DNA from: Nitrospirota bacterium
GTDB lineage: Bacteria > Nitrospirota > UBA9217
Length of the DNA stretch: 64,000 bases
NCBI GenBank assembly: GCA_963663225.1
Contig: OY760142.1
Location: 2,656,001-2,720,000, forward strand
Direction: 5' to 3'
Positions 50,426 through 60,233 of the stretch are shown here, in pieces. Within the stretch, counting starts at the first letter, position 1. Each line of letters starts with the position of its first letter. Both the position numbers and the translations under genes were made by a program. A model generated the notes under the pieces. That model worked only from the letters and a program-made list of their open reading frames with translations, was not told the origin of the DNA and searched no databases.

Positions 50426-50854
50426 ATGAACGTGAAGATCAAAAAGAGTTTCATTATTGCGCTTGCTGCGCTTGCTGTGTTTGCAGTACTTGCGGGCTGT
50501 GCGCGTAACAAGTCCACGGAAGATACAACTACGCCCCAGAAACAGGAGAAAGCCGAAAAAGTCGACAAGAAAACCGACAAAAAAGATGAAAACAAAACCG
50601 GCATAATCGGCACTCCTGCGCGTGGCAGTAAATTTGCCAGGCTGAAACTCGGCATGACCATGAATGAAGTATTTGCCAAGATAGGTAGACCGAACGCCCA
50701 GTGGCATCGTCCTACAGGCAAATCGCACATCCCGTTTTATTTTGGTGATGACCGGTGGGTATTTGAATGCTCATACAAAAAAGAGGGCAGGTTGACCTTC
50801 AATTCCGGCGGGGATCAAATTCTAACCACTATCGAAGTCAATAAAAAAGAATAG
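50426..50854 (+). CDS. Uncharacterised lipoprotein (SmpA/BamE-like motif)
   Basis: GGAGG RBS, LAGC lipobox, LKLGMTMNEV...IGRP; own TTGACT-17-TATAAA promoter at 50361-50389. Confidence 0.7.
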   Translation: MNVKIKKSFIIALAALAVFAVLAGCARNKSTEDTTTPQKQEKAEKVDKKTDKKDENKTGIIGTPARGSKFARLKLGMTMNEVFAKIGRPNAQWHRPTGKSHIPFYFGDDRWVFECSYKKEGRLTFNSGGDQILTTIEVNKKE

Positions 50855-51183
50855 ACGCTTTGATTTTGATAACAAGCCTTGGCGTATATCCCGCAGTAGG
50901 CATAACCCTTACCGGTTCTTGAATTCATTGAATACGGAACGTGAAATGCCTGCCCGGGGTCTTTGTTAGAAACCGCTCTGAAATATCCTGTATTTAAGGT
51001 TAAAGAAATTTCCCGGGAGTATTTATTTGAAAGGCCTGAGGATATTTAGCCTTCCCTTGCGCTGTTGACAAGATAGAGTGCGGCAAGTCACAGCACTTTT
51101 TTGCTGTCGTATCTTTTTTGCAACGGAAAGTAAAAAGTCGTGCTTGACAAAGGCCAACCTTTTGAATTACTATTCTTTTGTTT

Positions 51184-51216
51184 AGCTGTGTTGCCGGGTT
51201 CAGAACCCGCCGCCTG
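51184..51216 (+). repeat. Degenerate copy of the tRNA-Gly 3' half (possible att site)
   Basis: AGCT..CGGGTTCagaACCCGcCGCCtGC versus tRNA AGCT..CGGGTTCgagACCCGtCGCCcGC. Confidence 0.45.
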
Positions 51217-51248
51217 CGTCGTTAAATTTAATAGCAGACTGCTGATAC

Positions 51249-51281
51249 AAACCCCGCCTATTTGGATAGACGGGTTTTTTT
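51249..51281 (+). terminator. Rho-independent terminator
   Basis: CCCG-CCTAT-TTGG-ATAG-A-CGGG followed by T7. Confidence 0.7.
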
Positions 51282-51495
51282 CTGCGCGGTCTTCGTGTCT
51301 AGCTAGGTTCAGGCGGATATCTCGACGGCAGTTGTATTTGTTACCATTCCGCGGCCCGGATTGAAAATCTTTCCATAATTGTTTTCGGATATCATTTTCC
51401 AATTTGTCCGTGGAGATCCCTCCGACAGGAGCCGGAGGATTCCTGAACAAGCACGACCTCAAGTTAAGCGCAACAAGGAACGGCGGGAGAGCGGC

Positions 51496-52266
51496 ATGAG
51501 GCATAATTTTTCCATCGCACTGCAATACCTTACAATATTCAGACTCAATAAAAAGCATAAAATTGAAGAAAATGATCTTGTAAAATCAATGATTTTCTTT
51601 CCTGTGGTCGGCTTTCTGATCGGACTTCTCCTGGTCAATTTCGACAAGTTTTTTACCCTCATCGCACTTCCTCATACGGTCTCCAATCTGCTTCTTGTAG
51701 CGCTTTCTGTTGTCATAACGAAGGCTCTAGATGTTAATGGCCTGGCAAATACACTGGATACCCTTACAGCAGGGGCTGGAAAACATTTGCGCCTTTCTGG
51801 CGCAAGAGACGGCAAAATCGGCACGGCGGGCATTATAGGTGTTTTCTTCATTCTCCTCATGAAATACCTTTGCTTAAACAGTTTGTTTAACAGTGAAAAA
51901 GTGGCGGCTTTATTGATTGCGCCGATGCTTTCCCGATGGTCTCAGACAATTATGGCATTTAAGTCGACCTTCAGGCAAGAGGCTGAAGCGAACAGAACTT
52001 TCGTCGGACACATCAGGACCGGCGAACTCATATATATATCGCTGATTGCGGTTGGTCTGGCGGGATTTGTCATCATTGAAGAGCAAATGAGAGCGGTATT
52101 TCTTATTTGCAGCCTGATCATCGGGGTCGTGCTGTTTACTATTCTGGGACGGAGGTATTTTCTTGCCCGTCCGGACGGAATCAGCAGTGATGCCGTCGGT
52201 GCGGTAAGTGAAATGAATGAAATTCTTGTGTTTCTGCTGTTCGTGATTTTTGCCGGTGTAAACTGA
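51496..52266 (+). CDS. cobS: CobS-family (cobalamin synthase-like) membrane protein with degenerate motifs
   Basis: ALQYLT, FFPVVG.LIG, D.KIG..G, SRW, G.S.D..GA..E..E; the usual HxDGxxD motif reads DVNGLAN. Confidence 0.72.
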   Translation: MRHNFSIALQYLTIFRLNKKHKIEENDLVKSMIFFPVVGFLIGLLLVNFDKFFTLIALPHTVSNLLLVALSVVITKALDVNGLANTLDTLTAGAGKHLRLSGARDGKIGTAGIIGVFFILLMKYLCLNSLFNSEKVAALLIAPMLSRWSQTIMAFKSTFRQEAEANRTFVGHIRTGELIYISLIAVGLAGFVIIEEQMRAVFLICSLIIGVVLFTILGRRYFLARPDGISSDAVGAVSEMNEILVFLLFVIFAGVN

Positions 52267-52298
52267 TTGCTCGGGCTTCCGACACCAAGGACGAACGT

Positions 52299-52895
52299 AT
52301 GTCTTTGAGAATATATCTTATGCGCCACGGTGAAGTTTTGAACGGCGACAAAGAACATTATAACGGCCATATCGATATTGATATTACCTCGAACGGTCTT
52401 CAGCAAATGCACCGACTTGCCGATATTCTTGCCGAAAAAAACATTTCCATTGTCTATTCGAGCGATCTTCTCAGAACGGTCAAAGGGGCGAAAATTATTG
52501 CCGAACGAACCAACGCCCCTTTTGTCCCGCTAAGAGAATTGAGAGAACGAAGCGTAGGGAAGTGGGAAGGTTTTACGGTGGAGGAAATCAAGGATCGTTT
52601 TCCTGCCGAATATTCAGCCTGGCAGGCTGATCTATTGAACTATCGGCCTCAGGGTGGGGAGAACGTGATTGATGTGCAAAACAGGATACTTCCTGTATTT
52701 AAACGGCTGGTGGCTTCACATGCAAATCAGGAAATCGCGATGATGCTGCATGGAGGGATAAACAGGGTGATTCTTGCGGATATACTGGGTATACACCCGC
52801 TGAACTTATTCAGAATTGAGCAGTCTTTCGGCGCGCTTAATATCATCGATTATCGCGAGGACGGCGCCCCGGTGGTTACACTCCTGAATGGTTGA
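52299..52895 (+). CDS. cobC: Histidine phosphatase, probable alpha-ribazole phosphatase
   Basis: RHGE, SSDLLR, LRE...G.WEG, GGE, HGG; directly after cobS. Confidence 0.75.
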   Translation: MSLRIYLMRHGEVLNGDKEHYNGHIDIDITSNGLQQMHRLADILAEKNISIVYSSDLLRTVKGAKIIAERTNAPFVPLRELRERSVGKWEGFTVEEIKDRFPAEYSAWQADLLNYRPQGGENVIDVQNRILPVFKRLVASHANQEIAMMLHGGINRVILADILGIHPLNLFRIEQSFGALNIIDYREDGAPVVTLLNG

Positions 52896-52953
52896 TCAAA
52901 TCCGAAAACCACTTGACTTTTTAGTCTGTTTACGGTAATTTACAAGCAAATAA

Positions 52954-53044
52954 AGCTGGGGGAGCCGAGTTGGCTGAGAGTTCAGATTTTCTGGACGACC
53001 CTTAGAACCTGATCCGGGTAGTTCCGGCGTAGGGAAGGCAAGCT
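52954..53044 (+). ncRNA. TPP riboswitch
   Basis: GGGGAGCC..GGCTGAGA..GACCCTTAGAACCTGATCCGGGTAGTTCCGGCGTAGGGAA upstream of thiS; promoter TTGACT-17-TAATTT at 52913-52941. Confidence 0.95.
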
Positions 53045-53058
53045 AACAATAAGCTTTT

Positions 53059-53088
53059 AAGCCGTATCCTTCCGGATGCGGCTTTTTT
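53059..53088 (+). terminator. Riboswitch-controlled terminator
   Basis: AAGCCGTATCC-TTCC-GGATGCGGCTT followed by a T-run. Confidence 0.85.
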
Positions 53089-53109
53089 GTTGTCACGAGG
53101 ACAGTACCG

Positions 53110-53310
53110 ATGACAGTTACGATAAACGGTGAACAAAAAAAAATTCAGGATAATTTGACCATTACCGGATTGCTTGAACATCTGAGCATTCAACACCAGC
53201 GTGTGGCCGTCGAGTTAAACCTTGAAATTGTGAAAAAGAACAGCTATGGCTCGACTTTTGTGAATGAAGGTGACAGCCTGGAAATAGTCAGTTTCATGGC
53301 CGGCGGGTAG
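53110..53310 (+). CDS. thiS: Sulfur carrier ThiS
   Basis: INGE, VAVELN, EGD.LEIV, C-terminal GG. Confidence 0.95.
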   Translation: MTVTINGEQKKIQDNLTITGLLEHLSIQHQRVAVELNLEIVKKNSYGSTFVNEGDSLEIVSFMAGG

Positions 53311-53360
53311 CATTTTCTAAGAAACCATTACCGTTTTTACAGCGAAGGAGCATACTTCTC

Positions 53361-54137
53361 ATGAGTGATACATTAACGATAGCAGGAATTGAGTTTAACT
53401 CCCGCCTTTGGGTGGGGACTGGAAAATACAAGGATTTTGCTGAAACAAAACGGGCGATTGAGGCTTCGGGTACCGACGTCGTCACCGTGGCGGTACGGCG
53501 GGTAAATATTATCGACCGGAGCAAGGAAAACCTGCTGGATTATATCGATCCTAAAAAATACAAGATACTTCCCAACACTGCCGGCTGTTACACGGCCAAA
53601 GATGCAATCCGGACGGCGATGCTTGCAGCAGAAGCGGGAATATCCAAACTGGTGAAACTCGAAGTGATCGGAGACGAGAAAACTCTCTTTCCCGACAATG
53701 AGGCTTTGCTGGAAGCGGCCAAAGTCCTCGTAAAAGAAGGTTTGATCGTGCTGCCATACGTCATCGATGATCCGATCATGGCGAAGAAACTTATTGATAT
53801 CGGCTGCCCTGCCGTCATGCCGCTCGCCGCGCCTATCGGTTCAGGCCTCGGCATCCGCAACCCGTATAACATAAAAATCATTCTGGAAACAGTGAAAGTT
53901 CCCGTTGTTGTTGACGCCGGTGTCGGCACGGCCTCGGATGTGGCGCTTGCGATGGAGTTGGGCTGCGATGCGGTTTTGCTGAATACAGCCATTGCGGGTG
54001 CCAAAGACCCGATTGCAATGGCAGAAGCCATGAAATACGGCGTGCTTGCGGGGAGGCTTGCATATAAAGCGGGCAGGATACCCCGGAAGCTATATGCCAC
54101 TGCCAGCAGCCCGATGGAAGGTTTAATCGGGAGCTAA
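53361..54137 (+). CDS. thiG: Thiazole synthase
   Basis: SRL.VGTGKY, LPNTAGC, VKLEV, VMPL.APIGSG. Confidence 0.97.
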   Translation: MSDTLTIAGIEFNSRLWVGTGKYKDFAETKRAIEASGTDVVTVAVRRVNIIDRSKENLLDYIDPKKYKILPNTAGCYTAKDAIRTAMLAAEAGISKLVKLEVIGDEKTLFPDNEALLEAAKVLVKEGLIVLPYVIDDPIMAKKLIDIGCPAVMPLAAPIGSGLGIRNPYNIKIILETVKVPVVVDAGVGTASDVALAMELGCDAVLLNTAIAGAKDPIAMAEAMKYGVLAGRLAYKAGRIPRKLYATASSPMEGLIGS

Positions 54138-54186
54138 CAATATCCGGAAAACGGGCTTTGGGATATTTTTTTGCTCCGGGAGAAGT

Positions 54187-54816
54187 TTGTTGCCTGTTGA
54201 TTTCAAGCTCTACCTGATTACGGACCGGAAACAAACACGGGTCCCTCTTGCTGAAGCGGTTGGACGTGCCCTCCGCAGCGGAGTTCGGGCGGTTCAGTTA
54301 CGCGAAAAGGATTTGCCTCTTCGGGAGCTTTTGGCTCTCGGGCGAGATGTGCGCAGCATTACTGCCGAGTTCAATGCAAAATTGTTCGTGAACGATCGCG
54401 TGGATGCGGCTGTTTCCATCGGTGCTGATGGAGTTCATCTTGGACAGCAGAGCATGCCGGTTTCAGCAGTCCGCAGAATCGTGGGACAGGACATGATGAT
54501 AGGCGTGTCCACACATACGGTATATGAGGCAAGAGATGCGGAGGCGGGTGGCGCTGATTTTATAACATTCGGACCGGTTTTCTTTACACCATCTAAGGTT
54601 CAATACGGTGCACCCGTCGGATTGCAAACGCTTACGATGGTAAAACAACATGTGCATCTTCCTGTCTTCGGGCTTGGTGGCATAAAACCGGGCGATTTAC
54701 GAACAGTTTTAAGTGCCGGTGCAGACGGGGTGGCAGTGATTTCCGCGATTCTTGCTGCTGATGATATACAAATGGCATCACGGAATATTTTTGATGCGAT
54801 GCAGATATTACGGTAA
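54187..54816 (+). CDS. thiE: Thiamine-phosphate synthase
   Basis: LYLITDR, VQLREK, VNDRVD, GVHLG, IGVSTH, GP.F.TPSK. Confidence 0.93.
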   Translation: MLPVDFKLYLITDRKQTRVPLAEAVGRALRSGVRAVQLREKDLPLRELLALGRDVRSITAEFNAKLFVNDRVDAAVSIGADGVHLGQQSMPVSAVRRIVGQDMMIGVSTHTVYEARDAEAGGADFITFGPVFFTPSKVQYGAPVGLQTLTMVKQHVHLPVFGLGGIKPGDLRTVLSAGADGVAVISAILAADDIQMASRNIFDAMQILR

Positions 54817-54844
54817 TTTACTTTAATTTGCAAGGGAGTCTATC

Positions 54845-56146
54845 ATGACACAAATTCAGGAAGCTCGAAAAGGAAATACCACGCCGGAGATGGCTGCTGT
54901 TGCCCGTGCCGAGGGGCTCAGCGTTGAGCATATCATGCAGGGTGTGGCGAATGGAACCATCGTCATTTCAAAAAACAACAAGCACAATAAAATCGTGCCG
55001 TTGGGGATCGGAAAGGGACTGCGGACCAAAATCAACGCGAATATCGGCACGTCAAAAGATAGAATGTCTATCAAAGACGAGATTGAAAAGCTCAAAGTGG
55101 CCGTATCCGCAGGCGCTGATGCGGTCATGGATCTTTCAACCGGCGGCCCGATCATCGAAATCCGCAAGGAAATTCTGAATCATTCGACCGTTTCGATCGG
55201 CACGGTGCCGATTTACCAGGCCGCCGTTGAAACCATAGAACAGGGCCGTTCGATTGCCCAGATGGACCCTGAAACTCTTTTCAAAGTGATTGAACAACAG
55301 GCGGAAGAAGGCGTGGATTTTGTAACCGTGCACTGCGGAGTGACCATTGCAAGTGTGGAGAGGCTTAAGCGGCAGGGCAGAATCATGGATGTGGTAAGCC
55401 GGGGCGGAGCATTTCATCTTGAATGGATCATCTACAATGACAAGGAAAATCCATTATATACCCAGTATGACAGGCTGGTCGAGATCTGTAAAAAATACGA
55501 TATGACTTTGTCTCTCGGCGACGGCATGCGTCCGGGCTGTCTGGCGGACGCAACGGATCGTGCGCAGATCGAGGAGCTTATCACACTCGGCGAACTGCGT
55601 GACCGGGCCCATGAAGCCGGTGTACAGGTAATGATCGAAGGACCGGGTCATGTGCCGATCAACCAGGTGGAAACAAACATTAAGATACAGAAGGAGCTTT
55701 GCAAGGGCGCTCCATTCTATGTGCTCGGACCGCTCGTGACCGACGTGGCGCCGGGTTATGATCATATTACGTCAGCCATAGGGGGGGCAATAGCCGGTGC
55801 GGCAGGCGCGGATTTTCTGTGTTATGTTACCCCGTCAGAACACCTGAGGCTGCCGGATCTAGAAGACGTCCGGGAAGGCGTCATGGCTTCCCGCATAGCG
55901 GCGCACGCGGCAGATATCGCCAAGGGAGTGAAAGGCGCGATTGAATGGGACAAGGAAATGGCCAGACGGCGGAAAGCCCTTGACTGGAAGGGGCAAATTG
56001 AACTTTCGATCAATCCGGAACGCTCCCGAAAACTGCGTGAATCCAGCCTGCCCAAGGAATCTGATGTTTGCACCATGTGCGGCGAGTTTTGTTCCATGCG
56101 GGGTGTATCGCAATACTTGAAAAAAGAGGCGAAGAGCACGAAATAA
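54845..56146 (+). CDS. thiC: Phosphomethylpyrimidine synthase
   Basis: KINANIGTS, MDLSTGG, SRGG, EGPGH, C-terminal CTMCGEFC. Confidence 0.96.
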   Translation: MTQIQEARKGNTTPEMAAVARAEGLSVEHIMQGVANGTIVISKNNKHNKIVPLGIGKGLRTKINANIGTSKDRMSIKDEIEKLKVAVSAGADAVMDLSTGGPIIEIRKEILNHSTVSIGTVPIYQAAVETIEQGRSIAQMDPETLFKVIEQQAEEGVDFVTVHCGVTIASVERLKRQGRIMDVVSRGGAFHLEWIIYNDKENPLYTQYDRLVEICKKYDMTLSLGDGMRPGCLADATDRAQIEELITLGELRDRAHEAGVQVMIEGPGHVPINQVETNIKIQKELCKGAPFYVLGPLVTDVAPGYDHITSAIGGAIAGAAGADFLCYVTPSEHLRLPDLEDVREGVMASRIAAHAADIAKGVKGAIEWDKEMARRRKALDWKGQIELSINPERSRKLRESSLPKESDVCTMCGEFCSMRGVSQYLKKEAKSTK

Positions 56147-56166
56147 CGATAAATCCTGTAATTGAC

Positions 56167-57072
56167 ATGATGCCAAAACAGCGGGAACGGTCTGAATATA
56201 GTTGTAAACGAGGAATACTCGACCAGGCGAAATGGGTATTTTTGCTTCTTCTTTTCTTAAGTGCTCATTTCCCTGCTCACGCGGCAATGAAGCCGCAGCC
56301 GGAAATCATTCTTGATCCTGCTGCACCGGGACCCGGTGACATCGTGGTGCTTACGCTCAAGAATGTACTTGTCCCCCCGGAAGGCACCTTTGACGGCAGA
56401 AAGCTTTATTGGTATCCTGCAAACGGAGCAACAACAGCCTTTAAAGCGATTCTGGGCATTGATCTTTATACAAAACCAGGCGGCTACAGCCTGGACATCA
56501 CTGCGGAGAACGCCGTGATTCACCGCACGGTTGTGATTTCAAAAAAGAAATATCCCGTGCAGCGTCTGAAGCTCCCGAAGGGGATGGTTGAGCTTTCTCC
56601 GGAAAATGAAGCACGCGTGGAGCGTGAACAGAAAAAAATGGCTGCAGTCTGGCCCAACGTATCGCCGCGCGGCTGGTCGGGAAATTTCATCAATCCCTGT
56701 GAAGGGGATATCGTTACGAAGTTCGGCGTTCAGAGAATCATCAATAAAATTCCGAAGAGTTCCCATACGGGCGTGGATGTGTCGGCCAAAGAAGGAGATG
56801 CCGTTCGGGCACCGAATAACGGCGTCGCTGTTTTAATTGACGATCAGTTTTTCTCCGGAAACAGCATCGTGCTTGATCATGGTCAGGGGATTTACACCAT
56901 GTTTTTTCATCTTTCCAGGATACTCATCCGCCCCGGCCAGACTGTAGCCAAAGGCGAGGTAATCGGCCTGGTCGGCTCTACCGGCCGCTCCACCGGCGCT
57001 CACCTGCATTGGGGTGTGCGCGTCCAGGGGGCGCGCGTAAACCCGATGGAATTAATTCAGCTAAAACTTTAA
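56167..57072 (+). CDS. M23-family metallopeptidase
   Basis: HTGVD, LDHGQG, HLS, STGAHLHWG; start uncertain. Confidence 0.88.
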   Translation: MMPKQRERSEYSCKRGILDQAKWVFLLLLFLSAHFPAHAAMKPQPEIILDPAAPGPGDIVVLTLKNVLVPPEGTFDGRKLYWYPANGATTAFKAILGIDLYTKPGGYSLDITAENAVIHRTVVISKKKYPVQRLKLPKGMVELSPENEARVEREQKKMAAVWPNVSPRGWSGNFINPCEGDIVTKFGVQRIINKIPKSSHTGVDVSAKEGDAVRAPNNGVAVLIDDQFFSGNSIVLDHGQGIYTMFFHLSRILIRPGQTVAKGEVIGLVGSTGRSTGAHLHWGVRVQGARVNPMELIQLKL

Positions 57073-57179
57073 TAGACGTCAGTATAGATACTCCAGAAAC
57101 CGCTGCGATAAGAAACAATCGATCGAATGATTCCGTGAAAACGGCATCTGTCTCTTTCCCAATTGCTGCATCTCTCTGC

Positions 57180-57953
57180 ATGATGATAAAAGTCCTTTCC
57201 ATAGCTGGTTCCGACCCCTCAGGCGGCGCAGGCATCCAGGCAGACCTTAAAACCTTCCAGGCATTGGGCGCATATGGAATGGCCATGCCTTCAGCCCTCA
57301 CCATCCAAAACAGCAAAGGAGTGAGCGGTGTTTTCACGATTCCCCGTCTCGTCATGCGTCAGCAGTTAATATCTCTCCTCTCTGATATAAAACCTGGTGC
57401 GGTCAAGACAGGCATGCTGCTTGAAGCCGGGACGGTACGTGCAGTGGCGGATATGGTTCAGCATTACAAAATTGAAAAACTTATCATTGATCCTGTCGTA
57501 CGATCCAGTTCAGGAAAAGTGCTTCTTGTTCCTGATGCCGTAAAAGCACTCAAAAGCCGTTTGTTTCCACTCGCGCTGATTATAACTCCCAATATTCCGG
57601 AAGCAGAAGTTCTGACCGGTATGAGAATTACGAGTGATCAGGAAATAGATTATGCCGCGGGTAAATTGCTCGATATGGGGCCGTCATATGTTCTTATCAA
57701 AGGCGGCCACCGATCCGGACCGGCTGTGGACACCTTGTACGGGGGAAAAACAGTGCTGAGTTTTTCCACAAACCGAAGAAAAGGTGAGTTTCATGGCACG
57801 GGATGCATGCTTTCTTCTGCGATAACAGTGTTTATTGCACAGGGATATCCTGTGGAAAAAGCTGTGGAAAAAGGGAAATTTTTTGTGGATATGATGTTGA
57901 AGTCTGCAACGGCAGTGGGAAAAAATAAAAAAACTCGATATTTCCAGTTTTAG
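57180..57953 (+). CDS. thiD: Hydroxymethylpyrimidine/phosphomethylpyrimidine kinase
   Basis: [40 protein letters not shown]. Confidence 0.95.
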   Translation: MMIKVLSIAGSDPSGGAGIQADLKTFQALGAYGMAMPSALTIQNSKGVSGVFTIPRLVMRQQLISLLSDIKPGAVKTGMLLEAGTVRAVADMVQHYKIEKLIIDPVVRSSSGKVLLVPDAVKALKSRLFPLALIITPNIPEAEVLTGMRITSDQEIDYAAGKLLDMGPSYVLIKGGHRSGPAVDTLYGGKTVLSFSTNRRKGEFHGTGCMLSSAITVFIAQGYPVEKAVEKGKFFVDMMLKSATAVGKNKKTRYFQF

Positions 57954-57994
57954 CACTCAATAGAAAAAACAGGCTGAAATCCTTGGAGGGCATC

Positions 57995-58702
57995 ATGCGT
58001 GTTGACGGCAGAGAAGCAGACGAACTTCGCAGAATACGAATTACGAGAAACTACATCAAATCTGCTGAAGGCTCTGTGCTGTTTGAAATGGGCGATACAA
58101 AAGTGATCTGTACGGCAACAGTGGAGAATTCCGTTCCTCCTTTTTTGCGGGGAAAAGGCACCGGATGGGTGACGGCGGAATATTCCATGCTTCCCCGTTC
58201 AACCCAGCAAAGGATAAATCGTGAACGGAGCAAAGTTGGCGGACGCACCCATGAAATCCAGCGTCTTATCGGCAGATCGCTCCGAGCGGTCACGGACATG
58301 AAGGAGCTTGGAGAGCGGACTATATTAATAGACTGTGACGTCATTCAGGCAGACGGCGGTACGCGCACGGCGTCCATAACCGGATCATACATTGCGCTTG
58401 TTGACGCTCTGCGACATATGAAAAAACAAAAGATGATCAGCGTGCTGCCGGTGAAAGACTTCCTTGCGGCGGTGAGTGTGGGAATTGTCTCGGAAAAACC
58501 GGTGCTTGATCTTTGTTATCATGAAGATTCCTCCGCAGAGACGGACATGAATATGGTGATGACCGGTTCTGGAGAAATTGTCGAAATACAAGGTACAGCG
58601 GAGGGCAAGCCATTCTCAAAAACCGAGCTCAACAAACTCCTTGCCCTGGGAGAAAAGGGCATAAAAATCCTGATTAAAAAGCAGAAAGCCGTTCTTGCAT
58701 GA
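57995..58702 (+). CDS. rph: Ribonuclease PH
   Basis: [44 protein letters not shown]. Confidence 0.97.
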   Translation: MRVDGREADELRRIRITRNYIKSAEGSVLFEMGDTKVICTATVENSVPPFLRGKGTGWVTAEYSMLPRSTQQRINRERSKVGGRTHEIQRLIGRSLRAVTDMKELGERTILIDCDVIQADGGTRTASITGSYIALVDALRHMKKQKMISVLPVKDFLAAVSVGIVSEKPVLDLCYHEDSSAETDMNMVMTGSGEIVEIQGTAEGKPFSKTELNKLLALGEKGIKILIKKQKAVLA

Positions 58703-59271
58703 CGATTTTTTTGACATCGTTGAGCATCGTTTTTCTTGCTGAGATGGGCGATAAAACCCAGCTTCTGGCCATGGCTTTTGCCACCCGGTTTCGGTGGCAG
58801 ACGGTATTGTGGGGAGTTTTTGCTGCAACCGCGGTGAATCATCTTCTTGCATCCTATGTCGGCAGTACCATTACTGATTTTGTACCCATTGAGTATATAA
58901 AGATTGCAGCGGCCTTGTCGTTTATCTTTTTTGGTCTGTGGACCCTCCGCGGGGATACCCTGGAAGGAGAGGACAAGAAGTTCAATTTCAGCCCTTTCTG
59001 GACCGTGGCTGCTGCGTTTTTTCTTGCCGAGATGGGGGACAAAACCCAGCTTGCCTCAGTGGCCCTCGCGGCTGAGTTTCATTCCGTCATTCCTGTCTGG
59101 CTTGGGACCACGACGGCCATGGTGCTGGCTGATGCCGTCGGGATTATTGCCGGGATTGTCCTGCATAAAAAAATTCCGGAGAAGCTGATCAAGTGGTTTG
59201 CCGCGCTGGTCTTTATTGCGTTTGGCCTGTGGGGACTATATGACGTCATAATGAACGGTTTTCGTTCATAA
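58699..59271 (+). CDS. GDT1/TMEM165 (UPF0016) family Mn/Ca transporter
   Basis: Two copies of [11 protein letters not shown]. Confidence 0.93.
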   Translation: MTIFLTSLSIVFLAEMGDKTQLLAMAFATRFRWQTVLWGVFAATAVNHLLASYVGSTITDFVPIEYIKIAAALSFIFFGLWTLRGDTLEGEDKKFNFSPFWTVAAAFFLAEMGDKTQLASVALAAEFHSVIPVWLGTTTAMVLADAVGIIAGIVLHKKIPEKLIKWFAALVFIAFGLWGLYDVIMNGFRS

Positions 59272-59351
59272 CGGCATCATTGGAAAACAGTTGGACGTGA
59301 ACATACACGGGTTATTGACACTCAAGTTCATGCTGTGTTATTATCAATCGA

Positions 59352-60173
59352 ATGATGATTGAACAGAAATGGAACCGTCTCAAAGAGTTGCTCAGAGAGA
59401 TGGAATCCGCGGTGCTTGCTTATTCCGGCGGTGTCGACAGCTCCCTGCTGCTCAAGGCAGCAGCAGAAGTTATTGGTGCCCGACTCGTAGTCGTCACAGC
59501 GTATTCTGAAACATATCCACAGTCGGAACTTGCCGCTGCAAAGGAGTTTGCGGAAACGCTGGGGGTTGCGATCCGGGTTTTGCACACTTCGGAGCTGGAA
59601 TCTGAAGAGTTTGTGCGCAACTCACCTGACCGCTGTTATCATTGCAAAAAAGAGCTCTTTGGAAAACTCAGACAGATTGCCGCGGACGAGGGGATTCCGT
59701 TTCTGCTTGATGGCTCGAACACCGACGATCTGAACGATTATCGGCCGGGATCCAGGGCTGCCGGAGAATTTTCCGTCAGGAGCCCCTTAAGAGAGGCGGG
59801 ATTTTCCAAGGCCGACGTCCGTGATTGTGCCCGCATGCTGGATCTGCCTGTCTGGAACAAGCCCGCCCTTGCCTGTCTGTCCTCACGCATTCCCTACGGT
59901 ACGCGAATCACTCCAACGATTCTTGAGAGAATACAATCTGCCGAGGAGTTCCTGCATGCGCATGGTTTCCGTCAGGTTCGTGTACGTCATCATGGAGATA
60001 CGGCGAGGATAGAACTGGAGCAGAACGATTTTGGCCGCGTGCTTTCCGGTGATATGGCAGGGAAAATTATCGCAGAGTTCAAACGGCTTGGTTACATCTA
60101 CGTCTGTCTTGATCTTGAAGGATATCGTACAGGCGCCATGAATGAAGCGCTCGGGAGTTTGCAGCGAACATAG
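59352..60173 (+). CDS. larE: LarE-family ATP-dependent sulfur transferase
   Basis: PP-loop AYSGGVDS, DRCYHCK, DYRPG, ACLSSRIPYG, VRVRHHG. Confidence 0.9.
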   Translation: MMIEQKWNRLKELLREMESAVLAYSGGVDSSLLLKAAAEVIGARLVVVTAYSETYPQSELAAAKEFAETLGVAIRVLHTSELESEEFVRNSPDRCYHCKKELFGKLRQIAADEGIPFLLDGSNTDDLNDYRPGSRAAGEFSVRSPLREAGFSKADVRDCARMLDLPVWNKPALACLSSRIPYGTRITPTILERIQSAEEFLHAHGFRQVRVRHHGDTARIELEQNDFGRVLSGDMAGKIIAEFKRLGYIYVCLDLEGYRTGAMNEALGSLQRT

Positions 60174-60233
60174 TTTTTTTCAATTCGGCTCTCCGCTCAT
60201 ACCACGGAGAGGCCAGCGTCAAGGAGCGTATAC

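Noticed and set aside
50892-50958. Imperfect hairpin (TAGGCAT/ATGCCTG) after the lipoprotein gene
   Set aside because: Many mismatches, no T-tract and no other copy seen.
51180-51495. Cobalamin, SAM-I, fluoride or guanidine riboswitch, or 6S RNA, upstream of cobS
   Set aside because: Only isolated short matches; core motifs and the 6S central bubble are missing. Kept only as an unassigned structure.
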